Source of the DNA: an uncultured Nitrospiraceae bacterium
GTDB lineage: Bacteria > Nitrospirota > Thermodesulfovibrionia > Thermodesulfovibrionales > Dissulfurispiraceae
NCBI GenBank assembly: GCA_963705105.1
Contig: CAVPIW010000017.1
Coordinates: forward strand, 53,821-117,820
Direction of reading: 5' to 3'
DNA: 64,000 bases
Part shown: in pieces, positions 41,383 through 51,825 of the stretch
Position numbering within the stretch: the first letter of the stretch is position 1
How the letters are laid out: the number at the start of each line of letters is the position of its first letter
Notes under the pieces: generated by a model
The model's input: only the letters and a program-made list of their open reading frames with translations
Database searches by the model: none
What the model was told of the DNA's origin: nothing
Position numbers and translations under genes: made by a program

Positions 41383-41437
41383 GGTGATTTGGGGTGGGCG
41401 AGGGGACTTGAACCCCCAACACCTGGAGCCACAGTCC
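41383..41437 (-). repeat. att-like duplicate of the tRNA-His 3' half
   Basis: GGTGATTTGGGGTGGGCGAGGGGACTTGAACCCCCAACACCTGGAGCCACAGTCC, identical to 48752-48806. Confidence 0.92.
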
Positions 41438-41892
41438 CCGAATAGCATTTTTGCCTGATTCGAAAAGCCCTTGATAGTGTGATATTTCGTAACATTATCA
41501 GGGGCTTTATCTTTTCTCGAACTTGGCAGGAGTTGGATGGAATTGGTGGGATTCTGCTCTTTCAGGCACAAAATGGGCAAAGTGAGACTACTCCTTTAGG
41601 GCCTCAGACAGTCAACCAAATCACTCCTATGGACGGGTCGAAGAATAATCAAATTATCCTCGACGTTTCCCTTCAGAAATGGCTTCTGTGCTCAAAATCG
41701 GCTCGACAGGGCATGTTTTCTCATTCATAGTCCTCTGGCAAGGGGATAGCATTCCGTCAACCATATCGTCAAGAAAATGCTCTCTGATTATGTCCTCATT
41801 TGCAATCCCACGCAAGTCTATGGTACAGCCTCGGCATCTGTTCTTCTTCTCATGACATAACCTGCACGATTTACAGTTTCTTAACTTCTGTT

Positions 41893-42107
41893 TGTTGGGA
41901 AAGTTTACACTATATGGAACATTTTCAAACTCTGGAAATCAAAGAAACATCTCCACACAAGCTTTTGAGACATATATCTATATAATTCAATTCATTTCGT
42001 TCTTCTCACATTTCAGCACGCTTGTGTCGGAATTCTTAACACTCTTTTGTAGGGAGCCATACAAATCTCCTAATATCAACAAGTTGCATGGTGGAATGGT
42101 AATTGCT
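41893..42107 (+). promoter_or_regulatory. Putative sigma54 promoter with upstream TGT-N11-ACA enhancer boxes
   Basis: TGT-N11-ACA at 41893-41909 and 42025-42041; TGG-N10-GC (TGGAATGGTAATTGCT) at 42092-42107; lies upstream of the PEP-CTERM genes. Confidence 0.6.
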
Positions 42108-42146
42108 ATGTCAACGAGTAAATATAAATCACAGGGAGGTTAAGAA

Positions 42147-42737
42147 ATGAAAAAAATTATCACAGTGATTGTGACGTTGATCTTACTGATCTTGGGAACG
42201 AACTCTCTTTTGAACGCTGAAACTTTAACCTTTGACGACATTTGGGACTTGGGTGCATATGCGCCCGAGGTAACATTTTCATCTCCGTCTCGGCTTTGGT
42301 CGTGGTCTGGAGAAACGGTTCTGGAAAACCCAGACGGCGGAGCGTACAGCGGGACAAAAGCATTGCAGTTCGGGCCTACATCATTTTTTGGTGGAGTGTG
42401 GGGTTTTGCGTTTTTTTCAAATCCTCAAACAGAGATATCAGTATGGGTTATTTCGGGTCCAGGCCCAGACAATTTGAGCTCTGGCATCTACATAAGAGCA
42501 TTTAATTCGTCGGATGTATTGGTTGCAGAAGACCGCGCTGATTCCTCTCTTCAATTTGAACTTTTGTCTGTTTCTGGAAATGACATAGTTAAAGTTGAAT
42601 TCTTTACACCAAATATCGATCATGAGGCATGGGACAACTTGTCTTATGGAGCCACCGTACCCGAGCCCTCTTCCATTGTTCTTCTCGGCGCGGGGTTGGC
42701 AGGGCTTTTCTTTGCGAGAAGAAGACTGAGGAAATAA
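42147..42737 (+). CDS. PEP-CTERM sorting domain protein
   Basis: GGAGG RBS, signal peptide, VPEPSSIVLLGAGLAGLFFARRRLRK. Confidence 0.9.
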   Translation: MKKIITVIVTLILLILGTNSLLNAETLTFDDIWDLGAYAPEVTFSSPSRLWSWSGETVLENPDGGAYSGTKALQFGPTSFFGGVWGFAFFSNPQTEISVWVISGPGPDNLSSGIYIRAFNSSDVLVAEDRADSSLQFELLSVSGNDIVKVEFFTPNIDHEAWDNLSYGATVPEPSSIVLLGAGLAGLFFARRRLRK

Positions 42738-42944
42738 CGCGACAGGTGCTCCCATAGGAACACAACACGCCTTTCGTTCCCGCAAGGTGTGCTTTAGGAT
42801 GCATAGAGATGGTAGGGGAAAGATCTTGCAAGCTCAGGCCTTTATGGTTTCATGAGACTGACGGGTGTTCCAACTATCGGACAAATCATGTGAGACTGGC
42901 AACCCGATACACGTTGATACTTTGTAGGCCAGGAGGGAAGAGCC

Positions 42945-43882
42945 GTGAAAAAGATTCTTACATCGATAGCCCTGCTACTTGCCGGGCTGTTTCTGGCGGC
43001 CGATTTAGATGCCGCACTGATTGATCGTGGGACAGGGATGGTCTATGAGACTGATTTGGGCATTACGTGGTTGCAGGATGCTAATTATGCCATGACATCG
43101 GGGTATAGGCCGGACGGTCGCTTTTCATGGGCAGAAGCAAATACTTGGGCGAATACTCTTGTTTATGGTGGGCATAGCGACTGGAGGCTTCCATCTGCCT
43201 TGAATCCCGACGGGAGTGGACCTGTCGGTAGCTACAATGTCATTAACAGCGAAATGGGACATCTCTATTACACGGAGCTGATGAACTCGGCCGGTGGACC
43301 TCTCTCTAACACAGGGCCATTTCAGAATGTGCAAGCTGCGATGTATTGGTCTGCCACTCATCATGATAGCATTGCTGACCGTGCGTGGAGCTTCAGTTTC
43401 AGAGACGGTGGTCAGGGCGAGACGTTGGACTGGCAGCGTGACGAGTACGCCTGGGCTGTTCGTGATGGTGACACACCGGACCTTCGGTTTCCACATCCTC
43501 TCCATATGTCTCTGGTCCGCTGCTTCTCAGCGATACCATCTCCTTTGACTATTGGTGGGTAATGGGGACAGAGCCGCCCCCTTATCAGCAAGGCTACATG
43601 TTCGACGTTATGGCATTGCAGGGAGGACAGGGTTGGCAGTTTATCAACCAGATAACCGCATTCGGTTCATCAAATGGCTGGCAGACGATAACATTCGATG
43701 TCCCAGATAATCTTGTGGGAACGACAGCGCAGATCAGATTTGTGCTCACAGACTATTATCCTGACACCGCTCCAACAGTCTATCTGGACAACATTAGCAC
43801 GTCAGCAGTCCCTGAACCCTCCACCCTCTTTCTCCTCGGTGCAGGATTAGCAGGGCTTTTTTTTGCGAGAAGGAGATTATAA
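42945..43882 (+). pseudogene. DUF1566/Lcl-domain PEP-CTERM protein, frameshifted near 43470
   Basis: TWLQDAN, DWRLP, SEMGHLYY, YWS and AWAVRDG motifs. A second frame carries ...SFDYWWVMG...VPEPSTLFLLGAGLAGLFFARRRL. Confidence 0.8.
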
Positions 43883-44398
43883 TCGTCATATTTAATTGAT
43901 ATCTTGCCACTGCAGTAAACGAAATTCGTTGAGAATGTTCTGATAGTCATTTTTGCGAACGACCATTCCAAAAACGAAGGGAGCGTATCTTCCAGAGGAG
44001 AACACGATGTGTAATAAAGCCAGAACAGTTGCTTCTTTATTATTTTGCCCCATTATTGTAATCCTTCTGTCAATGGTCGGGAATGCTATTGCTTTGAATT
44101 GGACCATAACTGACATTGGCACTCTTGGAGGCCCGAATGTTCGCGGTGATTATGGTTTCGGAATAAATGATGTGGGTCAAGTAGTCGGGATTTCTTCTTC
44201 ACCGACAGAAAGGCATGCTTTCTTGTGGGACAGGGGAACAATCACAGATCTAGGCACATTGGGGGGATATGAACGGGGAACGTTCAGCCAGGCAAGTGCG
44301 ATAAATAACCAAGGGCAAGTAGTCGGCTATTCTCAGTATTATCTTCCGGACGGAAATACAACGGCAGGAAGCGGCTGAATTTGTGACCGGCAGGACGG

Positions 44399-45769
44399 GA
44401 GGTAAGATCAAAAAGTGTGTAAATGAGTAAGAAGGCGGTGTATCCTTAATCAGGTGACTTGGGATCAACACAGAGAAAGGAGACACCACCATGGACAAGA
44501 GTATCACCGAGGCAGTTGAGCCGTCAAGGGCGACATACGAGGCATTGGAAAGCATAGTTCGGCTGAAAGTACAGGAGTACATTCAGGACATACTGGAAGA
44601 AGAAGTCGAGATATTTTTGGGGAGGAAGAAATCCGAGAGGATCAAGAAGGTGGATGGCAAGCGGGGGTATTGGAACGGACACGGGAAGCGGAAGAAGTTC
44701 ACGCTGATGAACGGGACGATCACGGTCCGACGGCCCCGTGTGCGGGGAGCGGAGGAGCGATTTCAGAGCAAGGTGCTGCCGTTATTCATACGTCGGTCCA
44801 AAGAAGTGGGGCAGCTCCTGCCGGAACTGTATCTCCACGGACTGGCGCAGGGGGATTTTGATTTAGCGCTCCGGGGGTTATTGGGAGAAGGGGCGCCGCT
44901 GTCGTCCTCGTCGATCCAGCGGCTGAAGGGCAAATGGCAGTGCGAATACGACGAGTGGAAGGCTCGGGATCTTTCCGGGCTTGAGGTCGTCTATCAGTGG
45001 GCGGACGGGATATACGTGAAGGCCGGGTTGGAGAAAGACAAAGCAGCATTGCTGGTGATCATCGGGGCGTTGGTTACGGGGGAAAAGATCCTGCTGGCCT
45101 GCGAGAGCGGGTATCGGGAGAGCAAGGAATCCTGGGCAGGGGTCCTGAGGGATCTGACCGCTCGGGGACTGAAGCTGGGCACATTGACGGTTGCCGATGG
45201 TCATTTGGGGATATGGTCAGCGTTGGGAGAGCTTCATCCCGAGGGCAAGGAGCAGAGGTGTTGGAACCATAAGATAACCAACGTGCTGGATGCGATGCCC
45301 AAGAGGATACGTGCCGAGGCAGGCGAGTATCTCACCAAGATCCCCTATGCAGAGACGCAGGCAGAGTGTGAGAGGCTCAGGGACAGCTTTCTCCGCCGGT
45401 ATGAGAGGGATTTCCCGAAGGCGACGGAGACCCTGAGGAGAGATTGGGAGCGAATGGTGACGTTCTATTCATTGCCGAAAGAGCACTGGGTCCATATCAG
45501 GACGACCAATGTGGTGGAGTCACCGTTCAGTGCGGTTAGGCTGAGGACGGATGCGGCGAAGCGATATAAAAAAGTCCAAAACGCGACGGCGATGATTTGG
45601 AAGTTACTGGGTGTCGCTGAAAAGAGATTCCGCAGACTGAAGGGATATTGGTTACTGAGGGATGTCTACGAGGGGAAACACTTCACTGACGGCATTGCCG
45701 TTGGGCAGGAAGGGGCTGTCGAAAGGATCGCCGCCTAATGGCTTTTTACACACCTATTGACATGACCTC
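44399..45769 (+). mobile_element. IS256-family insertion sequence
   Basis: Terminal inverted repeats GAGGTAAGATCAAAAAGTGTGTAAA and TTTACACACCTATTGACATGACCTC; 8-bp target duplication CAGGACGG at 44391-44398 and 45770-45777. Confidence 0.93.
44491..45738 (+). CDS. IS256 (Mutator-like) DDE transposase
   Basis: WADGIY, VADG..G, QRCWNHK and RTTNVVES motifs. Confidence 0.95.
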   Translation: MDKSITEAVEPSRATYEALESIVRLKVQEYIQDILEEEVEIFLGRKKSERIKKVDGKRGYWNGHGKRKKFTLMNGTITVRRPRVRGAEERFQSKVLPLFIRRSKEVGQLLPELYLHGLAQGDFDLALRGLLGEGAPLSSSSIQRLKGKWQCEYDEWKARDLSGLEVVYQWADGIYVKAGLEKDKAALLVIIGALVTGEKILLACESGYRESKESWAGVLRDLTARGLKLGTLTVADGHLGIWSALGELHPEGKEQRCWNHKITNVLDAMPKRIRAEAGEYLTKIPYAETQAECERLRDSFLRRYERDFPKATETLRRDWERMVTFYSLPKEHWVHIRTTNVVESPFSAVRLRTDAAKRYKKVQNATAMIWKLLGVAEKRFRRLKGYWLLRDVYEGKHFTDGIAVGQEGAVERIAA

Positions 45770-46772
45770 CAGGACGGGGATGCAAGCACTACCTGGTATC
45801 TCATTCGGTAGTCGCATTGCATATGATATAAATAACCAGGGACAAGTTGTTGGGGCAATAAATGTTAACTTTGACCAGCAATCGGCCCCAACACATACCC
45901 ATGCCGCACTGTGGGGCAGTGACGGGACTGTGTGGGACCTTGGATCACCTTACGGCGGCAGTTATGCATTTGCAATCAACAACTCAGGCGTGGTGGTCGG
46001 AGCTTTTGGCATGGACTCCATTTATGACCCTCATGCATTTATTTGGGATGAGCAGGGGGGATGAGAGAACTGTCGAACTCTATCGAGTCTATAGCCTATG
46101 ACATTAACAATAGGGGCATTGTCGTGGGTGAAATGGAAACATACGATGCCGCTCGTAAACCGTATTTCGCAGCATTCATCTGGAGCGCTTCGGATGGAAT
46201 CCATAAATTAAGCACGCCAGGGGGTGCTTTCAGTAAAGCTTGGTCAATCAATGACCGCGGTCAAGTCGTGGGCATCCTCTTAGAAGATGGTGGCAGAGAC
46301 TACCAATATAATGCTGTCATGTGGGACAACGGCGAGTTGATCGACTTAAATTCCTTTCTTCCCACAAACTCTGGCTGAATTCTTCTGGAAGCAACCGATA
46401 TTAACGAGGCAGGGCAGATAGTCGGGGCAGGTCTAATCAATGGGGAACAACATGCTTTTCTGCTAACTCCTCACAATGTCCCTGAACCCTCTACCCTCTT
46501 TCTCCTCGGTGCAGGGTTTGCGGGATTGGCTTTTGCGAGAACAAGAATGAGGAGATAACGCGGTGCTGTTTCACAAATAGGAACAATTCAACTTCATCGT
46601 GATGAGGTGAGGTCTTTAGGAGGCTTAAACGGAAGAGGCCCAGTCGTGTGAGATAAGGCCTCGCAGGCTCAGCCTTTGCGTGGACTCAGTGATTCTTCAT
46701 CGCTGGTTCAACTAACAGGGGGGGAATATGATCACGTCTCTGAAAGCCAGGCCTTTGGCATAGTATTGAACA

Positions 46773-47645
46773 TCATTGTTGGTTTGGCCATTCCAAGACA
46801 ACACGACCTTTCCCCTCATGACCACTTACAACCACTCGCATCGAGATCTTCCAACTCCCTTTTTCTTTCACATATCTAATTTCTTGTGAAACCTTTCCAT
46901 TCCTTGCAAATATGTCGACCAAGTATTCCTGCTTTTCAGCGCCTTCCGGCAATTGATGACCATTTATAAAAAAACCTGTTCCCGGTGTCAGGGTTGCTAA
47001 AGCAAAAAGTATTTCCGCCTGATTTCTCAAAACATGAAATTCCTGCCATAAATCCCGTTTCCTAACCATCCGTTGCCAGTTCTCTTTTGAAATGTTTCCT
47101 TTGGGAAGCAATTTGTCAAACGGTAATTGTCCTAACATGCTTATGTTAATTATCCGTACTTGAATGTCATATACTGGATATTTGCCTTCATGAGTGAGGA
47201 AAAACCTTTGCCTACCTGACATGTCGTCAAACATCGGAAGTAGATAGCAATACGATTCACCTCCGGTAACCGATGAAAGTATAAAATCATTTAATTGTTC
47301 TATTTTTCCACTCTTCGCTACAAGCTCCCCCGTCCTTTTGTAGAGTTCAATTTTCGTCTGAGCGAGTTCCTCTTTCGTCTCAGACAATTGTTGATTCAAC
47401 ACGTTATTCTGGCGAATGATTTGTTGATTCTGCTGTTCTATATTTTTGGCTTGTTCATTGGAGCTGAAAGTCAGCCAAAATGAGCAAAGTCCGCCGAGGA
47501 CAAGGAAGACAAACAAAGCGAGACCAAATATTTTTTCTCGACGGGTTTTTGGCTGGCTGAATAAGAAATCTTTAAGTGCAGACGCAATGGCAGCCAGCAG
47601 AATAATGATTCCTGGTAGCCATAAGCTCAGATTAGAAAGCATCAT
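46773..47645 (-). CDS. Hypothetical membrane-anchored protein (2 TM, coiled coil, beta-rich domain)
   Basis: 290-aa AT-rich ORF in the island. Confidence 0.7.
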   Translation of the reverse strand: MMLSNLSLWLPGIIILLAAIASALKDFLFSQPKTRREKIFGLALFVFLVLGGLCSFWLTFSSNEQAKNIEQQNQQIIRQNNVLNQQLSETKEELAQTKIELYKRTGELVAKSGKIEQLNDFILSSVTGGESYCYLLPMFDDMSGRQRFFLTHEGKYPVYDIQVRIINISMLGQLPFDKLLPKGNISKENWQRMVRKRDLWQEFHVLRNQAEILFALATLTPGTGFFINGHQLPEGAEKQEYLVDIFARNGKVSQEIRYVKEKGSWKISMRVVVSGHEGKGRVVLEWPNQQ

Positions 47646-47775
47646 AGGTTCACCAGCACTCTACCAATTGACTTCTTAACCTTCGTGTCCAGCTTCATAT
47701 TCAGTAGTATCGCATGTCAAGAGTGCATAGGCAATCCAATGCACTCTCAGGGATTTGTATTCTCGAAACCGGACC

Positions 47776-48576
47776 TTATCTTTCAGCATCCTTCGCCACC
47801 TCCATTATTGTGAAGGCCTGTGGCAGAAGCGATCCGGGATGGTCTCGTTCGTTTTCGCCAAACGACCGGTCTTCCCAACAAATCTCTCTGGCTGATTTAA
47901 TCAGTGAAGATAGTCTCTTGCCGTCCATGAACATTAGTGGAAGATTGTGGTCAGTAATCCATTGAGCAAACGATATCGATTTCACGTGAATTGGTTCGCT
48001 GCACCAGTACCCGCTGGGGGACTTGGGGAATTGAACCGCAATGAAATGCCTTTCCCCTTCGTTATATAGAGGTGTGTCATTTGTCACTGGCATGCAGCGA
48101 AGCGTTGAGAGGTCTGGAGGATCGTAGATACTATCGATATCGAAGAACATTGGGCAGGCATAAGCAACTCTCGCACCTGAAATCGACGATAGGCGAACGA
48201 GGAGATGGTGCTGGATTGAACCAGACTCCAGCGACCTTGTCAGGTCCAGCTCGGAGCGATAGTAGTCGGCTACCATGCCAGGTGGTGTATGTTTACTCCG
48301 CCTCTTCATTATATCTACAGTTTTGAACTGTAGGAAAAACCCAAAGTAGAAAAGAGGCTTGCTCGCCGCAACTCCATGGAGAGTTTTGGATAGTTGATTA
48401 TACAGCTCCTCGTCGGAGAGGTCCGTTCGTACCCAGCCCTGGTCAAACCCTACCCAGCCCTCACGTCGCTGAGAAGGTTTGAGTATCCGAAGCACTCGGA
48501 CTCCAAATTCAGACGCGAGAAAATCTCTAATCGCCGGAAAATAATACATCTCCATCAAGGTTTCGGACATGCTCAT
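47776..48576 (-). CDS. Hypothetical protein with a possible restriction-endonuclease-like (PD-(D/E)XK) fold
   Basis: GGAGG RBS; KPS...E...GFD...FLQFK pattern. Confidence 0.65.
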   Translation of the reverse strand: MSMSETLMEMYYFPAIRDFLASEFGVRVLRILKPSQRREGWVGFDQGWVRTDLSDEELYNQLSKTLHGVAASKPLFYFGFFLQFKTVDIMKRRSKHTPPGMVADYYRSELDLTRSLESGSIQHHLLVRLSSISGARVAYACPMFFDIDSIYDPPDLSTLRCMPVTNDTPLYNEGERHFIAVQFPKSPSGYWCSEPIHVKSISFAQWITDHNLPLMFMDGKRLSSLIKSAREICWEDRSFGENERDHPGSLLPQAFTIMEVAKDAER

Positions 48577-48758
48577 CTACAGCCCTCCAAGAAAATTGAT
48601 ACAAATGTTTCATTTAAGCAAAACAAATATGAATTAATAATCATTAGCTGCCAACTGTCTTTTTTCCATAATAACGGAAGACGAGGAGGGAGTCAATCGA
48701 AACAAAGGGGGAGAAAGAGGCGGTGTTACACTGTCCGGAACGATATTGAGCGGTGATT

Positions 48759-48836
48759 TGGGGTGGGCGAGGGGACTTGAACCCCCAACACCTGGAGCCA
48801 CAGTCCAGTGCTCTAACCAATTGAGCTACGCCCACC
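48759..48836 (-). tRNA. tRNA-His(GTG)
   Basis: G-1, CTGGA CT GTG GC TCCAG anticodon arm, encoded CCA. Confidence 0.96.
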
Positions 48837-48965
48837 GGGGGACGACATCGGGGAAAAGCGTCAGTGATCAGCGACCACCGACCTGAATAGTATACTGCAA
48901 AACAGCAAAGAATTCCTACGTCACAGCGGCCGGGGAAGCCCGGTTTTCCTCTGCATGTCGTCTAA

Positions 48966-49039
<74 letters not shown>

Positions 49040-49176
49040 TCACGACATCGGGCTGCATATACGTGCCGTTTAAAACATGCTGCGCCGTAGGATGCGATCC
49101 GAGCGCACATGTCATCAAAGGCATTGTTCGGCGTGGAGCAGGACGGCGGTGGCACTCAGAAGACGCCCTGGAGGAA

Positions 49177-49253
<77 letters not shown>

Positions 49254-49304
49254 TAACATGTTAGATTACTAAACCTTTTCGCCGATTGTCAATTTTAGAA
49301 AGGT

Positions 49305-49866
49305 ATACTCAGCGTTGCCGACGTCTTCCGAAATGCGGGGCAAAGATGTCGAAAAGCCTTGCTGATATCTACGCCCCCTCCGGGAAGACAGATATGGTTC
49401 AAAGCCTTTCCAATGCGATGATGAGACATTTCAAGGTGTTCAGCGCCCGTTGCCTGACGGACATTTGGTATCGATAGACACGGCAAGTGGTGGTCTGGTG
49501 ACAGATAAAGTATCTTAGCGGAAAGGCTTTTCACCACATCAGCCTCCCCGTCGGTGTGTTTGTCGAATGTTTCCCCTTATCGTTGCAATACACTCACGGG
49601 AAAGGCGGGGAGTATGCGCCGAAAACCTTGCTGCGGCGACACCTGTATCAAAACGGGGGATGAACTATACGCCAATGATCGATGACACAAAGAGTGGAAT
49701 CCTGAAACACGAAGCCGACGAGGCGTATCGTCGCCTTCAGCAAGGCTTTGAGGCGCTTCGCCCCGCCTTTTCATGCAACAGAAAGGTTTATTGTATTCTT
49801 CTACGGTTTGTTATTACGTGCATCTTCGCCCTGCCTTTCCTGAGGGTATATGCAACGATAAGGGTA
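49305..49866. repeat. Stack of repeat modules (arm plus module B, inverted module A, solo arm)
   Basis: 49378-49552 matches 887-1060; 49575-49790 closely matches the reverse complement of 3627-3843. Confidence 0.85.
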
Positions 49867-49926
49867 TTAGACGACAGGATGAGCAGTAATGGTAAAATAG
49901 AGAAAATTGCTTTGGGGAGGTACGGC

Positions 49927-50700
49927 ATGCTCAACATGAAGGACGTCGAGAAAGTCCACCTGTCTCTGAACCATCGGTTCAAATTCAGGTGCCATAAAGG
50001 GATAGACTGTTTCACGAAATGCTGCAACAACATTAAGATCCTGCTCACACCCTACGATATCATCCGCCTGAAGAAACGCCTCGGCATCTCGTCGGGCGAA
50101 TTCCTCAGCGATTACACCTACGTCGAGGTCGAGGAGAAGACGTCCCATCCTTTCGTTTTCCTGAAGATGAAGGATGACGCGGATAACAAATGTCCCTTCG
50201 TGACGGCCGAGGGGTGCACGATCTATGAGGACAGGCCGGCCAACTGCCGTTACTATCCCGTCGGTCAGGCGTCGCTGAAGAAGCTTGACACGACCATCGA
50301 CGAGGTCATCACCCAGGAGTTCTACTTCTTCGTCAAGGAGGACCACTGTCACGGATTCCGCGAGGACACGGACTGGACGATCGCAAGCTGGCGCGACGAT
50401 CAGGGCGTGGACATCTACGACGATATGAACAGGGGATGGAAAGAGATCCTTTTCAGGCGGAACCTGCCGGGGCTCGAACTGGACGAACGGAAACAGAAGG
50501 CCTTTTACATGGCCTGTTACGACGTCGACAGGTTCAGGCGCTTCGTTTTCGAGAGCGGCTTCCTGGGCAAGTTCGACATCGACGAGGACCGGCTGAAGAA
50601 GATGAAGGAGGATGACACGGAGCTGATGAAATTCGGCGCCGATTACACCAAGTTCATCCTCATGATGGACCAGACCCTCAAGCCGAAGATGAAGCCTTAG
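49927..50700 (+). CDS. YkgJ family cysteine-cluster protein
   Basis: F.CH....CF..CC, LTPYD, CPF...GC.IY.DRP..CR.YP motifs; GGGGAGG RBS. Confidence 0.9.
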   Translation: MLNMKDVEKVHLSLNHRFKFRCHKGIDCFTKCCNNIKILLTPYDIIRLKKRLGISSGEFLSDYTYVEVEEKTSHPFVFLKMKDDADNKCPFVTAEGCTIYEDRPANCRYYPVGQASLKKLDTTIDEVITQEFYFFVKEDHCHGFREDTDWTIASWRDDQGVDIYDDMNRGWKEILFRRNLPGLELDERKQKAFYMACYDVDRFRRFVFESGFLGKFDIDEDRLKKMKEDDTELMKFGADYTKFILMMDQTLKPKMKP

Positions 50701-51742
50701 CGGTATAGTCGGCCCTCAATTGACCGCAGGCCGACAGGATATCCCGCCCCTTGCTCTTCCTGACGAGGGCCGTCACGTGCCCTCGCAGGAGGATGTCCTG
50801 AAATGCCAGGACCCGTCCGTCGTCAGGTCTGCTGAACTCCGACCCGGGAAAAGGATTGAAGGGGATGAGATTGACCTTGGACGGTATCCCTTTGAGCAGC
50901 CCGATGAGCCGCCGCGCGTCTTCGGGGCTGTCGTTCACCCCCTTCAGCATCACATACTCGAAGGTGATACGCCGTCTCGGCGGGAGGGGGAATTCCCTGC
51001 AGGCTTTGATCAGCTCGCGCAGGGGATAGGTCCTGTTGATGGGCATGATCATGCTCCGCACCTCATCGGTCGTCGCGTTGAGTGAAATCGCAAGATTCAC
51101 CATGGGGGCCCGCAGGGGAAGCTCCCGCAGCTTCGGGACGATGCCGGCCGTCGACAGGGTGATCCGCCTGGGTGAGATATGCATGAGACCGGTCATCCGT
51201 CCGAGGGCTTCGACGACATTGTCGAAGTTTGCCAAAGGTTCACCCATCCCCATGAGCACGATGTTTGTGATCTGCGCCGGTGAGACGGCCCGCCGCACCG
51301 ATATGACCTGGTCGACGATCTCGTGGGGCGGCAGGTTCCGCCTGAGGCCGAGCGTTCCCGTCAGGCAGAACCGGCACCGGAGGGCGCAGCCGACCTGAGA
51401 GGAAATGCAGAGGGTGAGCCTGTCTTCATCGGGGATGAGCACACTTTCCACCTTCTCCCCGTCCTCGAGGCCGAAGAGGAACTTGCGCGTGCCGTCGGCG
51501 GACCTCCTGGAGTCGAGAATCGGCAGGCTGCTGATGTAAGACCTCTCGCGAAGAGTGTCTCTCAACCTCTTCGACAGCTCTGTCATCTCGCCGACGGACA
51601 ATGCGTCTTTCTCGTACAGGCGGTGCAGGATCTGGCGGGTGCGGTACGGAGGAAGCCCCAGGGTGCGGACAAAGGCCTCCATTTCTGCTGCGGAGAGGGC
51701 TTTTAAATTGATCGTATCCATGAGACGCTGAACCTGATTCAT
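50678..51742 (-). CDS. rlmN: 23S rRNA (adenine-2503-C2)-methyltransferase RlmN
   Basis: CISSQVGC...C.FC.TG, MGMGEP and ACGQL motifs. Confidence 0.96.
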   Translation of the reverse strand: MNQVQRLMDTINLKALSAAEMEAFVRTLGLPPYRTRQILHRLYEKDALSVGEMTELSKRLRDTLRERSYISSLPILDSRRSADGTRKFLFGLEDGEKVESVLIPDEDRLTLCISSQVGCALRCRFCLTGTLGLRRNLPPHEIVDQVISVRRAVSPAQITNIVLMGMGEPLANFDNVVEALGRMTGLMHISPRRITLSTAGIVPKLRELPLRAPMVNLAISLNATTDEVRSMIMPINRTYPLRELIKACREFPLPPRRRITFEYVMLKGVNDSPEDARRLIGLLKGIPSKVNLIPFNPFPGSEFSRPDDGRVLAFQDILLRGHVTALVRKSKGRDILSACGQLRADYTAKASSSA

Positions 51743-51825
51743 GATACCATGACCCCTCCGGATCCGGCCAACGACGGCGTCGGTGTGAGTGACAGTGAAA
51801 AGAACACATACAACAAAGAAGATTT

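Larger units (their letters stand above)
44007..46558 (+). pseudogene. HAF-repeat PEP-CTERM protein, disrupted by IS256, frameshifts and nonsense codons
   Basis: DLGTLGG / IN..GQVVG / HAFLW repeats on both sides of the IS; tail HAFLLTPHNVPEPSTLFLLGAGFAGLAFARTRMRR after the TGA at 46376. Confidence 0.85.
41383..48806. mobile_element. Genomic island at the tRNA-His 3' end; no integrase detected
   Basis: Identical 55-bp direct repeat at 41383-41437 and 48752-48806; visibly more AT-rich interior. Confidence 0.85.

Noticed and set aside
41383..41437. Second tRNA-His gene
   Set aside because: Only the 3' half is present, with no D-arm or 5' acceptor strand. It is an att-like duplicate.
46376..46378. 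In-frame TGA (also those at 44376 and 57393) as selenocysteine
   Set aside because: There is no hairpin at the 15-nt spacing; a CTGGAAGC nearby is misplaced and lacks a stem. Position 46376 fits a Trp in SGWxL, and these genes carry other lesions.
42735..46700. Integron cassette array (TAAC after the PEP-CTERM stops)
   Set aside because: No convincing RYYYAAC...GTTRRRY attC pairing, and no integron integrase.
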